Below are positions 40,034 through 50,345 of a DNA stretch of 64,000 nucleotides, one piece after another. How positions within the stretch are numbered: the stretch's first letter is position 1; each line of letters starts with the position of its first letter. The notes below the pieces were generated by a model that saw nothing but the letters and a program-made list of their open reading frames with translations, had not been told where the DNA came from and searched no databases. Source of the stretch: Cenarchaeum sp. (GTDB taxonomy: Archaea > Thermoproteota > Nitrososphaeria > Nitrososphaerales > Nitrosopumilaceae); NCBI GenBank assembly GCA_963693095.2, contig OY843768.1, positions 1,824,001 through 1,888,000 of the forward strand. The letters are read 5' to 3'. The position numbers and the translations under genes were made by a program.

Positions 40034-41692
40034 CTACCCTACGGCTATTATACCTTTTTGAATCAAGAACTCTAGACCATTCACAAAGTCGTCGTCTCCC
40101 ACGAGGCCCTCTGCCCACCACCGCGCAGTCTCCTTTACCCACGACGGGATGGTCGCCGCGCCGGCCCCGCCCTCGCGCTCGGCGCTAGCCGAGATTACGC
40201 CGTTCTCGATGAGGTATGCGATACCAGAGGCAAATGTCGCATCATCAATGTCGCCGTCGGCCCACCAGAGCGCGTTGCTGCGTATCCAGTCAGGGACCGC
40301 CTGTGGTGCTGCCCCGCCGAGCTCTATTATGCCCGAGCCGATTCCGGCGTACGCGGGGTCAAAGTCAAGGCCGACGGTTCCCTGTCCGTAGAGGAGGAGG
40401 TCGAGCCTGTACGTGCCGGCGCCGGGAAAGTCAACCTCGACAATGTCGATTCCCTCAGACGCAAACGCGCCGGGGCTCTGGCCCATGGCCGCCTCGCCGA
40501 GGTTGCGCACAAGCTCTGTGCCGGCCACGTGGTCTGCGAGTATGTGGCCGTATCGCGCGTTCTTTAGCAGGTTGCCGGACTCGTCAAAGAATGCGATCTC
40601 GAGCGGGACTGCGCCAGTGGACGCGCGCGCATCCCAGGAGACGCTGACTGTTGCGCCGACTCGCTCATCTGTGTCATCGGGGTTTACCAGAAAGAACTCT
40701 GTCGAGTTTTGGTCGACATTGTCCTCGGGGACGAGCTCAAAGGTCATCATGCCGCTCTGCTCGTGCTCGGCTCCGAGCTCGGCGTTTATGCGCTGGAGCT
40801 CGGCAGTCGTGACGAGAAAGTGTATGACGTTGCGGTCCTCGTACGTGTATGGGTCGACTAGGAGGACGCGCTTGTCGAGCCTGACGCCGTCGACATAGCC
40901 GGCGTATGTCCTGTCAGGCGCGTACGTCGTGAACGACTTTGGGACCTGGATCTCCTCGTGGACTATCTGGACCAGATCGACATACTCGGGACTCCAGTCA
41001 AATGGCATGTCAAAGGAGAGGGACTCGCGCTTTTCATCATAGCGTATGTTGGAGACCTCGTCATAGTATGTCTTTATCGCGGCCGGAACCTCGGCGTGCG
41101 CGGTTCTTATCGTGAACGGCTGCACGTCAGCCACGCTGACGAACGTGTCATAGTTGAGCATCTCAGTTAGGATCGTCCTTGCGCTAGTCGCGCCGGCTAT
41201 GCCGACCTTTACGTTATAGAGGCCGCCGCGGTCAAATATGGGCCCCTGTATGACGACGTTGCTCTGGCCCTGCGCATAGAGCGCGCCGGGTGCCGTGGGG
41301 TGCTCGCTGCCAAAGTATCGCGTGCATTTCCAGAGGAGCGGCTCGGCGCAGCCCTCCCTTGGGCGCAGCGTCACGTCGAGCTTGCCGTCGGTGTCAAAAA
41401 AGAGGTTTCTGGCAATGAGGTCATCTCCGCGCCATATCTCGATCTTGTACGTGACGTCGCCAAAGTCCTCACTCGTGCCAACGTCATAGAACCTGACTGC
41501 CATCGAGGCCTCGGTTATATCCTGCGCCGTGAGGTCTGACGGCGTGAGCTGCGTGCTCACCGTGACGTCACGGCCCCCGAGGTCCAGCGGCGGGGCGACA
41601 TCGCCCCCTAGGCCATGGCCAAACGAGTCTGACATGGCAGGCACTGCGGCGAGGATCGCCGCTACTGCCGCAAGGGCTGCCCATGTCTTCAT
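40034..41692 (-). CDS. Secreted protein with C-terminal (V/I)P.W(I/V)(R/K) repeats typical of thaumarchaeal surface proteins
   Basis: Signal peptide; VPDWIRSNALWWADG.I.D..F..GI.YLI..G and IPSWVKETARWWAEG repeats. Confidence 0.8.
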   Translation of the reverse strand: MKTWAALAAVAAILAAVPAMSDSFGHGLGGDVAPPLDLGGRDVTVSTQLTPSDLTAQDITEASMAVRFYDVGTSEDFGDVTYKIEIWRGDDLIARNLFFDTDGKLDVTLRPREGCAEPLLWKCTRYFGSEHPTAPGALYAQGQSNVVIQGPIFDRGGLYNVKVGIAGATSARTILTEMLNYDTFVSVADVQPFTIRTAHAEVPAAIKTYYDEVSNIRYDEKRESLSFDMPFDWSPEYVDLVQIVHEEIQVPKSFTTYAPDRTYAGYVDGVRLDKRVLLVDPYTYEDRNVIHFLVTTAELQRINAELGAEHEQSGMMTFELVPEDNVDQNSTEFFLVNPDDTDERVGATVSVSWDARASTGAVPLEIAFFDESGNLLKNARYGHILADHVAGTELVRNLGEAAMGQSPGAFASEGIDIVEVDFPGAGTYRLDLLLYGQGTVGLDFDPAYAGIGSGIIELGGAAPQAVPDWIRSNALWWADGDIDDATFASGIAYLIENGVISASAEREGGAGAATIPSWVKETARWWAEGLVGDDDFVNGLEFLIQKGIIAVG

Positions 41693-41836
41693 GCGTTGAA
41701 GGAGACCATTTTTCCTTATTAACCATGGCATTGGGCCACGCGTGGGATCAGGGATCTCCCCAGTGTTTGCGAACAGCCGTCCCTGTTGGGCGTGAGCCTC
41801 TAGCTAGTGTCTCTCTGGGTCGTTGCCATGCCCGCC

Positions 41837-43561
41837 CTAGCGCACTATGACGGCACCAGTCATCCATGGGTGCACTATGCAATAGTACGGATAGTCGCCA
41901 ACATCCTCGAACGTGTGCTCGAATGTGTTGCCTGCCAGCAGCAGGCTGCTGTCAAACTCGCCTGTGATGCCGCCGGCCAGGGATCCGGCCGTGACCGTGT
42001 GCGCCACGGTGTCTATGTTGTCCCACGTTACCGTGGTTCCAGGATCCACTTCGATCGTGGGGGGCAGGTAGCACTCGTCAGTCTCCTCGCATCCGGCCAC
42101 ACCGGTTCCTTCTGGTATCATTACCGTGGGACTCGTGGTCTGCGGAGCGGTCGGCGGGGTCACAGGAACCGTGGGCGGCTCTGGGATGCTGACCGGCGGG
42201 GTCACCGTCGGCGGGGTCACAGGAACCGTGGGCGGCTCTGGGATGCTGACCGGCGGGGTCACTTGAACGGGTGGAGCGGGCGGCTCTGGGATGCTGACCG
42301 GCGGGGTCACTTGAACGGGTGGAGCGGGCGGCTCTGGGATGCTGACCGGCGGGGTCACTTGAACGGGTGGAGCGGGCGGCTCTGTCTCCCCCCGCACCAT
42401 CACAACTCCGGCCTGCCACGGGTGCACTATGCAATAGTACGGGTACTCGCCAACATCCTCGAACGTGTGATTAAAGGTGCTGCCTGCCAGCATCAGGCTG
42501 CTGTCAAACTCGCCTGTGATGCCGTCAGTCAGGGATCCGGCCGTGACCGTGTGAGCCACGTTGTCGATGTTCTCCCACGTCACCGTGGTTCCCGGATCAA
42601 CCTCGATCGTGTGGGGAATGTAGCACTCGTCAGTCGTCTCGCATCCGGCCACACCGGTTCCTTCTGGTATCATTACCGTGGGACTCGTGGTCTGCGGAGC
42701 GGTTGGCGGGGTTACTGGAACCGGAGCGGGCGGCTCTGGCACGCTGACCGGCGGGGTCACTTGAACAGGTGCGGGGGCAGCCGGCTCTGTCTCTCCAGGC
42801 ACCATCACAACCCCGGACATCCATGGGTGGATTATGCAATAGTATGCGTGCTCGTCGGCCTCGTTGAACACGTTCCTGAACCTCTCTCCGGGATAGATCA
42901 ACAGGCTGTCAAACTCGCCGGACGGGCCGGTGGCAACGTTGCCGGCCACAACAGTGTGGCTGACGACGTCATTGTTCTCCCATGTCACTAGGGCCCCGCG
43001 CCCAACCTCCACTGACATGGGCACATAGCACTCGCCGGCCTCTTCGCACCCTGGCACGCCGGCACCGTCGCCTATGCTGATCGTCGTGTCCATGGAATTC
43101 GGCGCCGGCATCCTGGCGTCATCACCACGTTCTGCAACGGTTATCTGCGCAACTGACTTTGGGGCCAGGGCCACAGGGCTCTCCGTGGACTCCCACACGA
43201 GCGCAGTCGCCTCATAGACTCCGGCCTGCGGGGGAATCCACACGACAGAGAGCGTTCTTGACTCGCCGACAGACAGCTCTCCGCCAACCCACATCAGGGC
43301 TCCCGTAATGTCGTCTGCGTCGTTCACCTGCACAATGTACGCGTATTGCTGTTCTACGTTCTGTGAGTTTGTGATCATCGTCGAGATCAGTATCGCCTCG
43401 CCGACGTCACTGCGCACCACTGCCTCGCCGGCCACGTTCGTTATGCGTATGTCACCTATGGTCACAGGCGCATCACGCCATGCAGGCTCGGCCTCTTGCG
43501 CAAACGCGGCCGGAACGGCCACCATGGCTAGCATGACCATTGGCAAGATCCACGCTGACAT
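41837..43561 (-). CDS. Secreted triple-cupredoxin protein with Pro-rich linkers
   Basis: Signal peptide; three domains with GCE....CY.P, HTV and YYCI(I/V)HPW(M/Q). Confidence 0.9.
   Translation of the reverse strand: MSAWILPMVMLAMVAVPAAFAQEAEPAWRDAPVTIGDIRITNVAGEAVVRSDVGEAILISTMITNSQNVEQQYAYIVQVNDADDITGALMWVGGELSVGESRTLSVVWIPPQAGVYEATALVWESTESPVALAPKSVAQITVAERGDDARMPAPNSMDTTISIGDGAGVPGCEEAGECYVPMSVEVGRGALVTWENNDVVSHTVVAGNVATGPSGEFDSLLIYPGERFRNVFNEADEHAYYCIIHPWMSGVVMVPGETEPAAPAPVQVTPPVSVPEPPAPVPVTPPTAPQTTSPTVMIPEGTGVAGCETTDECYIPHTIEVDPGTTVTWENIDNVAHTVTAGSLTDGITGEFDSSLMLAGSTFNHTFEDVGEYPYYCIVHPWQAGVVMVRGETEPPAPPVQVTPPVSIPEPPAPPVQVTPPVSIPEPPAPPVQVTPPVSIPEPPTVPVTPPTVTPPVSIPEPPTVPVTPPTAPQTTSPTVMIPEGTGVAGCEETDECYLPPTIEVDPGTTVTWDNIDTVAHTVTAGSLAGGITGEFDSSLLLAGNTFEHTFEDVGDYPYYCIVHPWMTGAVIVR
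42150..42390 (-). repeat. 48-bp tandem repeats encoding EPPAPPVQVTPPVSIP
   Basis: Three near-perfect 16-aa units plus variants. Confidence 0.9.
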
Positions 43562-43672
43562 CTGTCCGGAGGGCGTGACCCGTCTGAATAAATACCCATC
43601 GTGACCGGTGCGCGCGCACTGACAGGGCACACGCGCCAATGTTTAATTACAGATGGCCAGGGCACGCCCCGC

Positions 43673-44494
43673 ATGGGGCTCGCAGCGGCAATCATTCCGG
43701 CCATGCTGCTCATCGCAGTCGCCGGCACCGCACACGCGCAGATGCAGTCAATGCCGACTGACGGCGGCGCGCTCATAGTCGAGCTCTCGCCGACACCCGA
43801 GATGCCGCAGCCCGGCGAGGTTGTGCTGGGGATCAACTTTGTCAATCCCACAACGCAGGACACGCAGGTTCACATTGATTACGCAATGAACGTCACGATG
43901 GGCGGCATTACGTACGCGAGCGTCGAGCGATCGCACACCGCAGAGGGCAGAGTTCGCATACCCATGACACTCGATGATGCCGGCACGTATGAGGTCACAG
44001 TCATGACTGACGGAATATTCTTCCAGCCGATACCTGCCCAGTTTGCAATGTTCTCACTTGGCGTAGGCGTTGCCTCGGGGACAACGGGCGAGCCGGCGCC
44101 GTCGGAGAACGGAGGGGGATGCCTCGTGGCCACGGCCGCATATGGGACCGAGCTTGCCCCACAGGTCCAGTCACTGCGCGAGCTCCGTGACAGAACCGTC
44201 ATGGGCACCGAGTCGGGCAGGGCGTTTATGGCTTTGTTCAACTCGGCATACTATGCGTTCTCGCCGGCGATCGCCGACATGGAGCGCCAGAACGAGCACC
44301 TTCGCGGGGCTATTGCGCTAGCGATCACGCCGATGGTGGCCACATTGGGCCTCCTCGAGGGCGCCGGAATCGAGGGTGATGCCGAGATGGTCTCATATGG
44401 CCTAGCCGTGATCGCGCTAAACGTGGGCATGTATGTGGGCACGCCTGCGCTGGCAGCCGTGGGAATCAGGCGTTTGGCCGCCTGTCGTGCCTAG
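43673..44494 (+). CDS. CFI-box-CTERM domain surface protein
   Basis: Signal peptide; GGGCLVATAAYGTELAPQVQ.LRELRD...FN..YY.FSP; C-terminal TM. Confidence 0.88.
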   Translation: MGLAAAIIPAMLLIAVAGTAHAQMQSMPTDGGALIVELSPTPEMPQPGEVVLGINFVNPTTQDTQVHIDYAMNVTMGGITYASVERSHTAEGRVRIPMTLDDAGTYEVTVMTDGIFFQPIPAQFAMFSLGVGVASGTTGEPAPSENGGGCLVATAAYGTELAPQVQSLRELRDRTVMGTESGRAFMALFNSAYYAFSPAIADMERQNEHLRGAIALAITPMVATLGLLEGAGIEGDAEMVSYGLAVIALNVGMYVGTPALAAVGIRRLAACRA

Positions 44495-44528
44495 TAGGTA
44501 TTTATTTACCCGTGGTGTCCGTGCGTCA

Positions 44529-45650
44529 ATGAAGACAGCAACGATAGGAACGCTCTTTGCGATTCTAGCCATTGCGACATCAACTATGGCACACGCGCCC
44601 GCGTATGCGGAGCACGCCGACGATCCGACGGTCACTGTACCGGCGGGAACGGGCGTGGCCGGATGCGAACTGACTGACGAGTGCTACCTTCCCCCCCTGA
44701 TCGAGGTGGGTCCGGGAACCACGGTAACGTGGGACAACATAGACACCGTGGCACACACAGTCACGGCCGGATCACTGACTGACGGCATCACAGGCGAGTT
44801 TGACAGCAGCCTACTGCTGGCAGGCAACGTCTTTGAGCACACGTTTGAGGAAGTCGGAGACTATCCGTACTATTGTATAGTGCACCCGTGGATGGCAGGC
44901 ATGGTTCAGGTCACACCGTATGACCACCATGACGACGATGATGCCCATGGAGATGACGCAGACAAGATGATGGGAGACGAGGACAAGATGATGGACGGCG
45001 ACAAGATGAAAGACGAGGACAACATGATGGACGAGAGGGAGAATACTATGCCCCTTACGGACATGATGATGGATGATGACGCAATGATGGAAGGCGACGA
45101 GATGATGCAGAACGGCGACGAGATGATGGACGACGGCATGATGTCAAACGACATGGAGAACATGCAAGAGATGATGCCGAGCACCATGGGAGACATGATG
45201 GGCGGCATGATGATGACGCTTGAAGGCGGCGAGGTCATGGTTCACGTGTCCGCAATGGACGACCCAATGGCCGGTGAGCCACTCGAGCTAGCACTCGCAT
45301 TCACAGACAGCGAAGGCATGATGACACAGCACGTAAACTATGACATCCGCGTGACGCAGGGCAACATGGTCGTGTTCAGTGATAGCAGCGTCCATGACCA
45401 CCAGGCAGGCAGTCCGGCAATGGTAACCACAAGGGTACTAGAGTCAGACGATCCAGTCGACGTTCGCGTGACGTTCCAGGGCTTTGGATTGCCCGGATCG
45501 TCGATAGCCGAGCGCACTGGCCCCACAGGCGAGATGGTCGAGTTTGAGCAAGTTCCAGAGTTTGGCACCATCGCAGTGATGGTGCTCGTTGTGGCAATCG
45601 TAAGCATTGTCGCAGTGACCTCACGGTCAAGCGTGTTCCAGCGAGTCTAG
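44529..45650 (+). CDS. PEFG-CTERM cupredoxin protein with Met/Asp-rich linker
   Basis: Signal peptide, YYCIVHPWM, long Met-rich tract, VPEFGTIAVMVLVVAIVSIV sorting signal. Confidence 0.9.
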   Translation: MKTATIGTLFAILAIATSTMAHAPAYAEHADDPTVTVPAGTGVAGCELTDECYLPPLIEVGPGTTVTWDNIDTVAHTVTAGSLTDGITGEFDSSLLLAGNVFEHTFEEVGDYPYYCIVHPWMAGMVQVTPYDHHDDDDAHGDDADKMMGDEDKMMDGDKMKDEDNMMDERENTMPLTDMMMDDDAMMEGDEMMQNGDEMMDDGMMSNDMENMQEMMPSTMGDMMGGMMMTLEGGEVMVHVSAMDDPMAGEPLELALAFTDSEGMMTQHVNYDIRVTQGNMVVFSDSSVHDHQAGSPAMVTTRVLESDDPVDVRVTFQGFGLPGSSIAERTGPTGEMVEFEQVPEFGTIAVMVLVVAIVSIVAVTSRSSVFQRV

Positions 45651-45661
45651 GAAACCACAAC

Positions 45662-46282
45662 TTATCTTCTTTTTATGAGCGCCATAGTGGCGAGTGCGAT
45701 CCCTGCCACGCCAAATGCCGCGCCAAACAGGGCAATGTCGTATGTGACGGGGTCAGCCGCCGGAGCCGCAGGACCGCCTGATGATAACTCGCGCTGCATC
45801 GCCGAGACTGTGCTGCGCAGGGCATCAATGTCGGCGTTGCCCGAGGACTCCCTTGGCGGAAAGTCAAGGGCAGCAGTCCTCTCCACATCCTCTATGCGGA
45901 CAGGCGTGTCGACTGGCGTCTCGCCTATGGTGCCCTCTAGGTGGACAGAGTACGAGCCGGCCCTAGTCGGAATTATCTTTGTGTAATAGTGGCCAGGCTT
46001 TGGGTCATTGAGTATCTCGGCTGTGCGCTCGATGCCGCCAAACTTTAGCGTCACCTCGATGCCCGCAAACGATCCGGCAACGCCGCGCCTGACGCCCTCG
46101 CTCCCGCCGGACTCTGTGACCGAATAGACGACGGTGTTGCGCATCCCCTCGATGGGCGGCTCTATTCCCCAGCCGACCTCGATCTCATAGGGGCCGACCT
46201 CTACTGTCGTGTGTGCACTGGCCATCGGCACGCCGATGGCTAGCGAGGCTGCGATGACCATTGCGACAAAGAGCGCGCGCAC
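45662..46282 (-). CDS. Hypothetical membrane-anchored secreted protein
   Basis: Signal peptide ending ASAH, VGW..EPP, C-terminal TM followed by KRR; start reassigned to GTG 46282. Confidence 0.7.
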   Translation of the reverse strand: MRALFVAMVIAASLAIGVPMASAHTTVEVGPYEIEVGWGIEPPIEGMRNTVVYSVTESGGSEGVRRGVAGSFAGIEVTLKFGGIERTAEILNDPKPGHYYTKIIPTRAGSYSVHLEGTIGETPVDTPVRIEDVERTAALDFPPRESSGNADIDALRSTVSAMQRELSSGGPAAPAADPVTYDIALFGAAFGVAGIALATMALIKRR

Positions 46283-46402
46283 TGTGCTGCGGGCAGACGC
46301 CGCAGGCGTTTTAAGCCTTTGGCGCCCACGCGTCGCAGACACGCAAGGCGATCCCATGCCACAGATAGCTATTTAGCAAACTCGAAAGCACGCCAACTCG
46401 CA

Positions 46403-49400
46403 ATGAGGCACGCCGCCGCAGCACTCCTCGCCGTACTCGCCGGAATGGGCGCGGCGTATGCGTTCACCGGCGACACGGTGAGCCTGCCGCAGGAGCGGCC
46501 TGACGTGCAAGCGCTGCTCACGTCTGGCATAATCGAGACCGGAGAGATTCGCGAAGACCTCGCAACGAGATATCTCGTCTTCGGCGAGGGCTCGCGCGGG
46601 TTCTCGACTGTACTTGGCTACTCGGAGATTCCGAGAGCTGCCGCACTGGGGCACCGGATAGCTCCTGACATGCGAACCGAGCTGCACAACAAGACGGCAA
46701 CTGACGTGTCTAGGATTGGTGAGCTCTCCGGCACGCTGCACGTGCGCGAGGAGCACGGACTCGACGGGACTGGCGTGCGCGTTGCCATAGTCGACACGGG
46801 AGTAGACTTTTCAAATCCTGACTTGCGCCATGCCCTCGCGCGAGACCCCGTGACAAACCATCCCGTAATGCTCGATGCTGACGCGCAGGGGATCGTCCTG
46901 ACAAACTCTACGTTCGTCGCGCGAATTGGCGATGACGGGACAATATCCGAGTACGGTTCCGTGCTGCCCGAGTGGGCAACGTCATCAGTCAGGGTCGAGC
47001 CCACGGGCGTGTACCTTGACATCGAGCGCGGGGGCAGCGGGACCAGGGTCGCCGTGTACAACTCGTTCTTTCCAGAGGCCGGACCGGGCACCGGACCAAT
47101 ATTCAACGCGACGATGGATGATGACATGAGGATCGGCCATGGCCCGGACGACTATATCGTCTCAAAGAGCGGCGTCTACCGCCTGGGCGTGATATACCAG
47201 GGGTCCCTCGAGGGCGCGCTAGTCGGCCTGCAAGTCGTCCCAGTCCTCGTGACTGACGCAGTAAAGGCCGGCGTGTATGACACGATAATCCCCGACCTCT
47301 CGACGTCGTGGCTCGACTATACGCGCTCCTCGCTGCCCGCCGGCATGATGCCCGACTATGACTTTGACTTTACCGACGAGGTTCCCGTCGTGCTCGGCTC
47401 GGGCAACGAGACGCTCGTGTACGACTCTGATGATGACGGCCTGGGCGACTATAGCGTCGGGACGATCGGCGCGCACGTGCTCGACGTGTATGGCGCGCTG
47501 CGCGGCAACGCGACAGGCGAGCCGGCCACGGGTCCGGACCTGCGAATGCTCCCGCCGATGGACCCTGGAGGGGAGTTTTTTGGCATAATGGCCGACTCGG
47601 TCGGCCACGGCACGTCTAGTGCCGCAACAGTCGCCGCAGCCGGCACGATCGAGTACGACATTTACAACTCTACATCAAGGCACACGATCACTGGTGCGGC
47701 CCCCGGCGCGTCGATAGTGCCGATAAAGGCCCTCTGGTACGGTGACACGCCGCACGCGTGGATGTGGGCCGCAGGCATGGACCTGCGCGATGACGGGACG
47801 TGGAGGTACACGGGCTCGCCACGGGCCGACATTGTCTCAAACAGCTGGGGCGCGCCGCAGTTTCCGGCCACGGGCGAGGCGCCGGGCCTTGACACAGTCT
47901 CGCTTCTCCTCTCGTACCTCTCGATGCCGGGATCCCTCAGGCCAGACTATCCCGGCGTGCTCTTTGTGGCTAGTGCCGGAAACTCTGGCCACGGGTATGG
48001 CACGATGAGCGCGCCGGGCGCAGCCCCATTCGCGCTGACTGCCGGCGCGACGACGAACAGCGCGTTCATCGGATATGGGAACTTTGAGGGCGAGCCGCGC
48101 TTTGGCAACTCGACGGCCTCGCACGGCCACCTCGTGGACTTTAGCAGCCGCGGACCGACGACTATCGGCGATCCAAAGCCGGACATGCTCTCAACAGGGG
48201 CATACTCTTTTGTGCCGGCTAGCGTCCTGCGCGCCCCGCGAGATGACGGCCCGCACGAGCCGTTCTCGCTCTTTGGCGGGACCAGCATGGCGGCCCCAAT
48301 GGTCTCCGGCGCTGCTGCAGTCACACTCGAGGCACTTCGCACGCAGGACGGGTATGGGCCTGTCAGCCCGCACAGGCTAAAGTCGATACTGGTATCGACT
48401 GCGGCTGACACGGGAAACGACGCGCTGGCGCAGGGCGCAGGCCTGGCCAACGCGACTGGCGCCGTCTCGTTTGCGCGCGGTGAGGCCGGCTCGTTTCTAG
48501 TCACAAACGACGCGACGCACGGCAACGTGCTAGACGCGATGCGTGAGCCGCTGGGCCTCCTCAACGCGACGGCCCTCGGACTGCGCGAGATTCGCATGCC
48601 CGAGGGGACACACGCGCACACGTCGTGGTATGGCGGCAGGGTCATGGCAGGCGAGTCGATGACTGCGACATTTACGATCGAAAACCCGTCTGATGAGCCG
48701 CTCGACGTCTCCGTCAGGCCAGAGTCGACATCACTATTGTCATCCTCGACGTATGCGGGAGTCACCACGCCGCACGAGGTCGACCCAGAGCTAAACGACT
48801 ATGGCGTGTTTGCGCCAAACTATGTCCCCCTCTCCGGCGTTGCGGCCCATGACACGCTAGAGTCGTACTTTGATGAGGCCTCGATACCGCCCGAGTCAAG
48901 CCTCCTGGTCCTGAGCGCAAGCTTTGGCCTCGGCGAGTTTATGAACATGACTCTAAACGAGGAGGCATACGCGTCAGACATCCGCCTCTCCTCGCTGTAC
49001 CTGTATGACTGGGTCGACTCGGACAACAGCACGCGCCCCGAGTCCTCCGAGCTCGCCCTCGTCTCGCGGGCCGGCTCTTGGGGAACGGTCCAGGAGCTGC
49101 GCGTCTCCGAGCCGGCCGCGCAGTTTGAGGGCACGCCGCTCGTCGGGATTTACCCACTGCCGACGCGCTATTCGTACTGGACGGGTGACACGGGGACAAA
49201 CTCTACGTCGATGGAGTACGCGCTGACGGCATCCTATTATGCGCCATCGCGCTGGGACGCAGTCTGGCTTGAGACTGACGAGCTCGTCGTGCCGCCAAAC
49301 TCAAAGGCCCGCCTCCGCGCCACAGTAGTTGTGCCCGAGTCCGCCGAGCCCGGCGTGCATCAGGGGTTCTTGCGCTTTGAGGGCGACTCGCAGGTGACGC

Positions 49401-49918
49401 TAGTGCCCGTGTCGTATGCCGTAAAGGTGCCCGTGGGGGAGCGCACGGTTCCCGTCGAGCGCGTGGCATCGACTACGCCGCGCTCGCCGGGGGAGATTCG
49501 CGGCGCCTTTGACATGGTCAGCACGTACATGGCCGGAGACTGGAGCCAGCACCACTTTGACGTGGATGACCCATCGGCAAGCTCTGCAGTCATCGACGTG
49601 TCATGGGAGGATCCGCAGACTAGCGTCACGGCATTCGTCGTCGAGCCGGGCGGCTCGATAGCCGCATCAAGCGCGCCGCCCGGCGCGTTTGGCGGGATAC
49701 TCGGGTGGCCGTCCTCGGACTGGCTCGGCCCCACGGAGTTCAGCCAGGGCGGCGGGTTTTTCCCCGTGACTGGGCGCAACTCTACATCGACGCTGTTCGT
49801 CGCGCCGGTCAACGCGACTGGCACGTATGGCATCATGGTACACGCCACAGTCTTTGGGGCCGGCGAGCGCGGAGACGCGCTAGCCGAGCCGATATCAGTC
49901 GGCGTGCAGGTTCGCTAG
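46403..49918 (+). CDS. S8 (subtilisin-like) serine protease, secreted
   Basis: VAIVDTG (Asp), GHGT (His), SAGNSG (oxyanion Asn), GGTSMAAP (Ser). Confidence 0.93.
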   Translation: MRHAAAALLAVLAGMGAAYAFTGDTVSLPQERPDVQALLTSGIIETGEIREDLATRYLVFGEGSRGFSTVLGYSEIPRAAALGHRIAPDMRTELHNKTATDVSRIGELSGTLHVREEHGLDGTGVRVAIVDTGVDFSNPDLRHALARDPVTNHPVMLDADAQGIVLTNSTFVARIGDDGTISEYGSVLPEWATSSVRVEPTGVYLDIERGGSGTRVAVYNSFFPEAGPGTGPIFNATMDDDMRIGHGPDDYIVSKSGVYRLGVIYQGSLEGALVGLQVVPVLVTDAVKAGVYDTIIPDLSTSWLDYTRSSLPAGMMPDYDFDFTDEVPVVLGSGNETLVYDSDDDGLGDYSVGTIGAHVLDVYGALRGNATGEPATGPDLRMLPPMDPGGEFFGIMADSVGHGTSSAATVAAAGTIEYDIYNSTSRHTITGAAPGASIVPIKALWYGDTPHAWMWAAGMDLRDDGTWRYTGSPRADIVSNSWGAPQFPATGEAPGLDTVSLLLSYLSMPGSLRPDYPGVLFVASAGNSGHGYGTMSAPGAAPFALTAGATTNSAFIGYGNFEGEPRFGNSTASHGHLVDFSSRGPTTIGDPKPDMLSTGAYSFVPASVLRAPRDDGPHEPFSLFGGTSMAAPMVSGAAAVTLEALRTQDGYGPVSPHRLKSILVSTAADTGNDALAQGAGLANATGAVSFARGEAGSFLVTNDATHGNVLDAMREPLGLLNATALGLREIRMPEGTHAHTSWYGGRVMAGESMTATFTIENPSDEPLDVSVRPESTSLLSSSTYAGVTTPHEVDPELNDYGVFAPNYVPLSGVAAHDTLESYFDEASIPPESSLLVLSASFGLGEFMNMTLNEEAYASDIRLSSLYLYDWVDSDNSTRPESSELALVSRAGSWGTVQELRVSEPAAQFEGTPLVGIYPLPTRYSYWTGDTGTNSTSMEYALTASYYAPSRWDAVWLETDELVVPPNSKARLRATVVVPESAEPGVHQGFLRFEGDSQVTLVPVSYAVKVPVGERTVPVERVASTTPRSPGEIRGAFDMVSTYMAGDWSQHHFDVDDPSASSAVIDVSWEDPQTSVTAFVVEPGGSIAASSAPPGAFGGILGWPSSDWLGPTEFSQGGGFFPVTGRNSTSTLFVAPVNATGTYGIMVHATVFGAGERGDALAEPISVGVQVR

Positions 49919-50262
49919 TGCGGTTTGGTTTTGGCCAGCTCGGCATTGAGGGAGAGCCGCACGGCGATTGGATGCGACGCCAGGTACTGTGATATCGCCT
50001 TGTCATGCTTTTTTGCAAACGCGCGAAGCATGTGGCCGCACTCTAGCTCGTCGCAGCCTGGATAAAGTGCGGCGCACTTGCGCCGGGCCTGCTGCTCAGG
50101 CGAGCATTTTGAGCATATCTTTTCCTTATAGTGCCTGCGATACTCCTGACCCAGTCCCAGTATCCTGTCTCCGTCCTCTAGCCAGTCGACCACACGCTCG
50201 TCCCAGGCCTCGTGCGCAGGTGACCTTGGGACATCCCTGATCTCCAATCCTTCCTTGCCCAC
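49915..50262 (-). CDS. Hypothetical Cys-rich protein
   Basis: CSKC...C...C...C..H cluster; plausible metal binding. Confidence 0.65.
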   Translation of the reverse strand: MGKEGLEIRDVPRSPAHEAWDERVVDWLEDGDRILGLGQEYRRHYKEKICSKCSPEQQARRKCAALYPGCDELECGHMLRAFAKKHDKAISQYLASHPIAVRLSLNAELAKTKPH

Positions 50263-50345
50263 GGTTCGCCCCTGATCTCATAGATCAAAAGACAGTTTGA
50301 TTGCGCAAATTTGGTTTATAGATCAACCTTTTGTGTCATACTGAT

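Noticed and set aside
41807-42991. 394-aa Arg/Gly/His-rich repeat ORF on +
   Set aside because: Antisense shadow of the Pro-rich cupredoxin gene.
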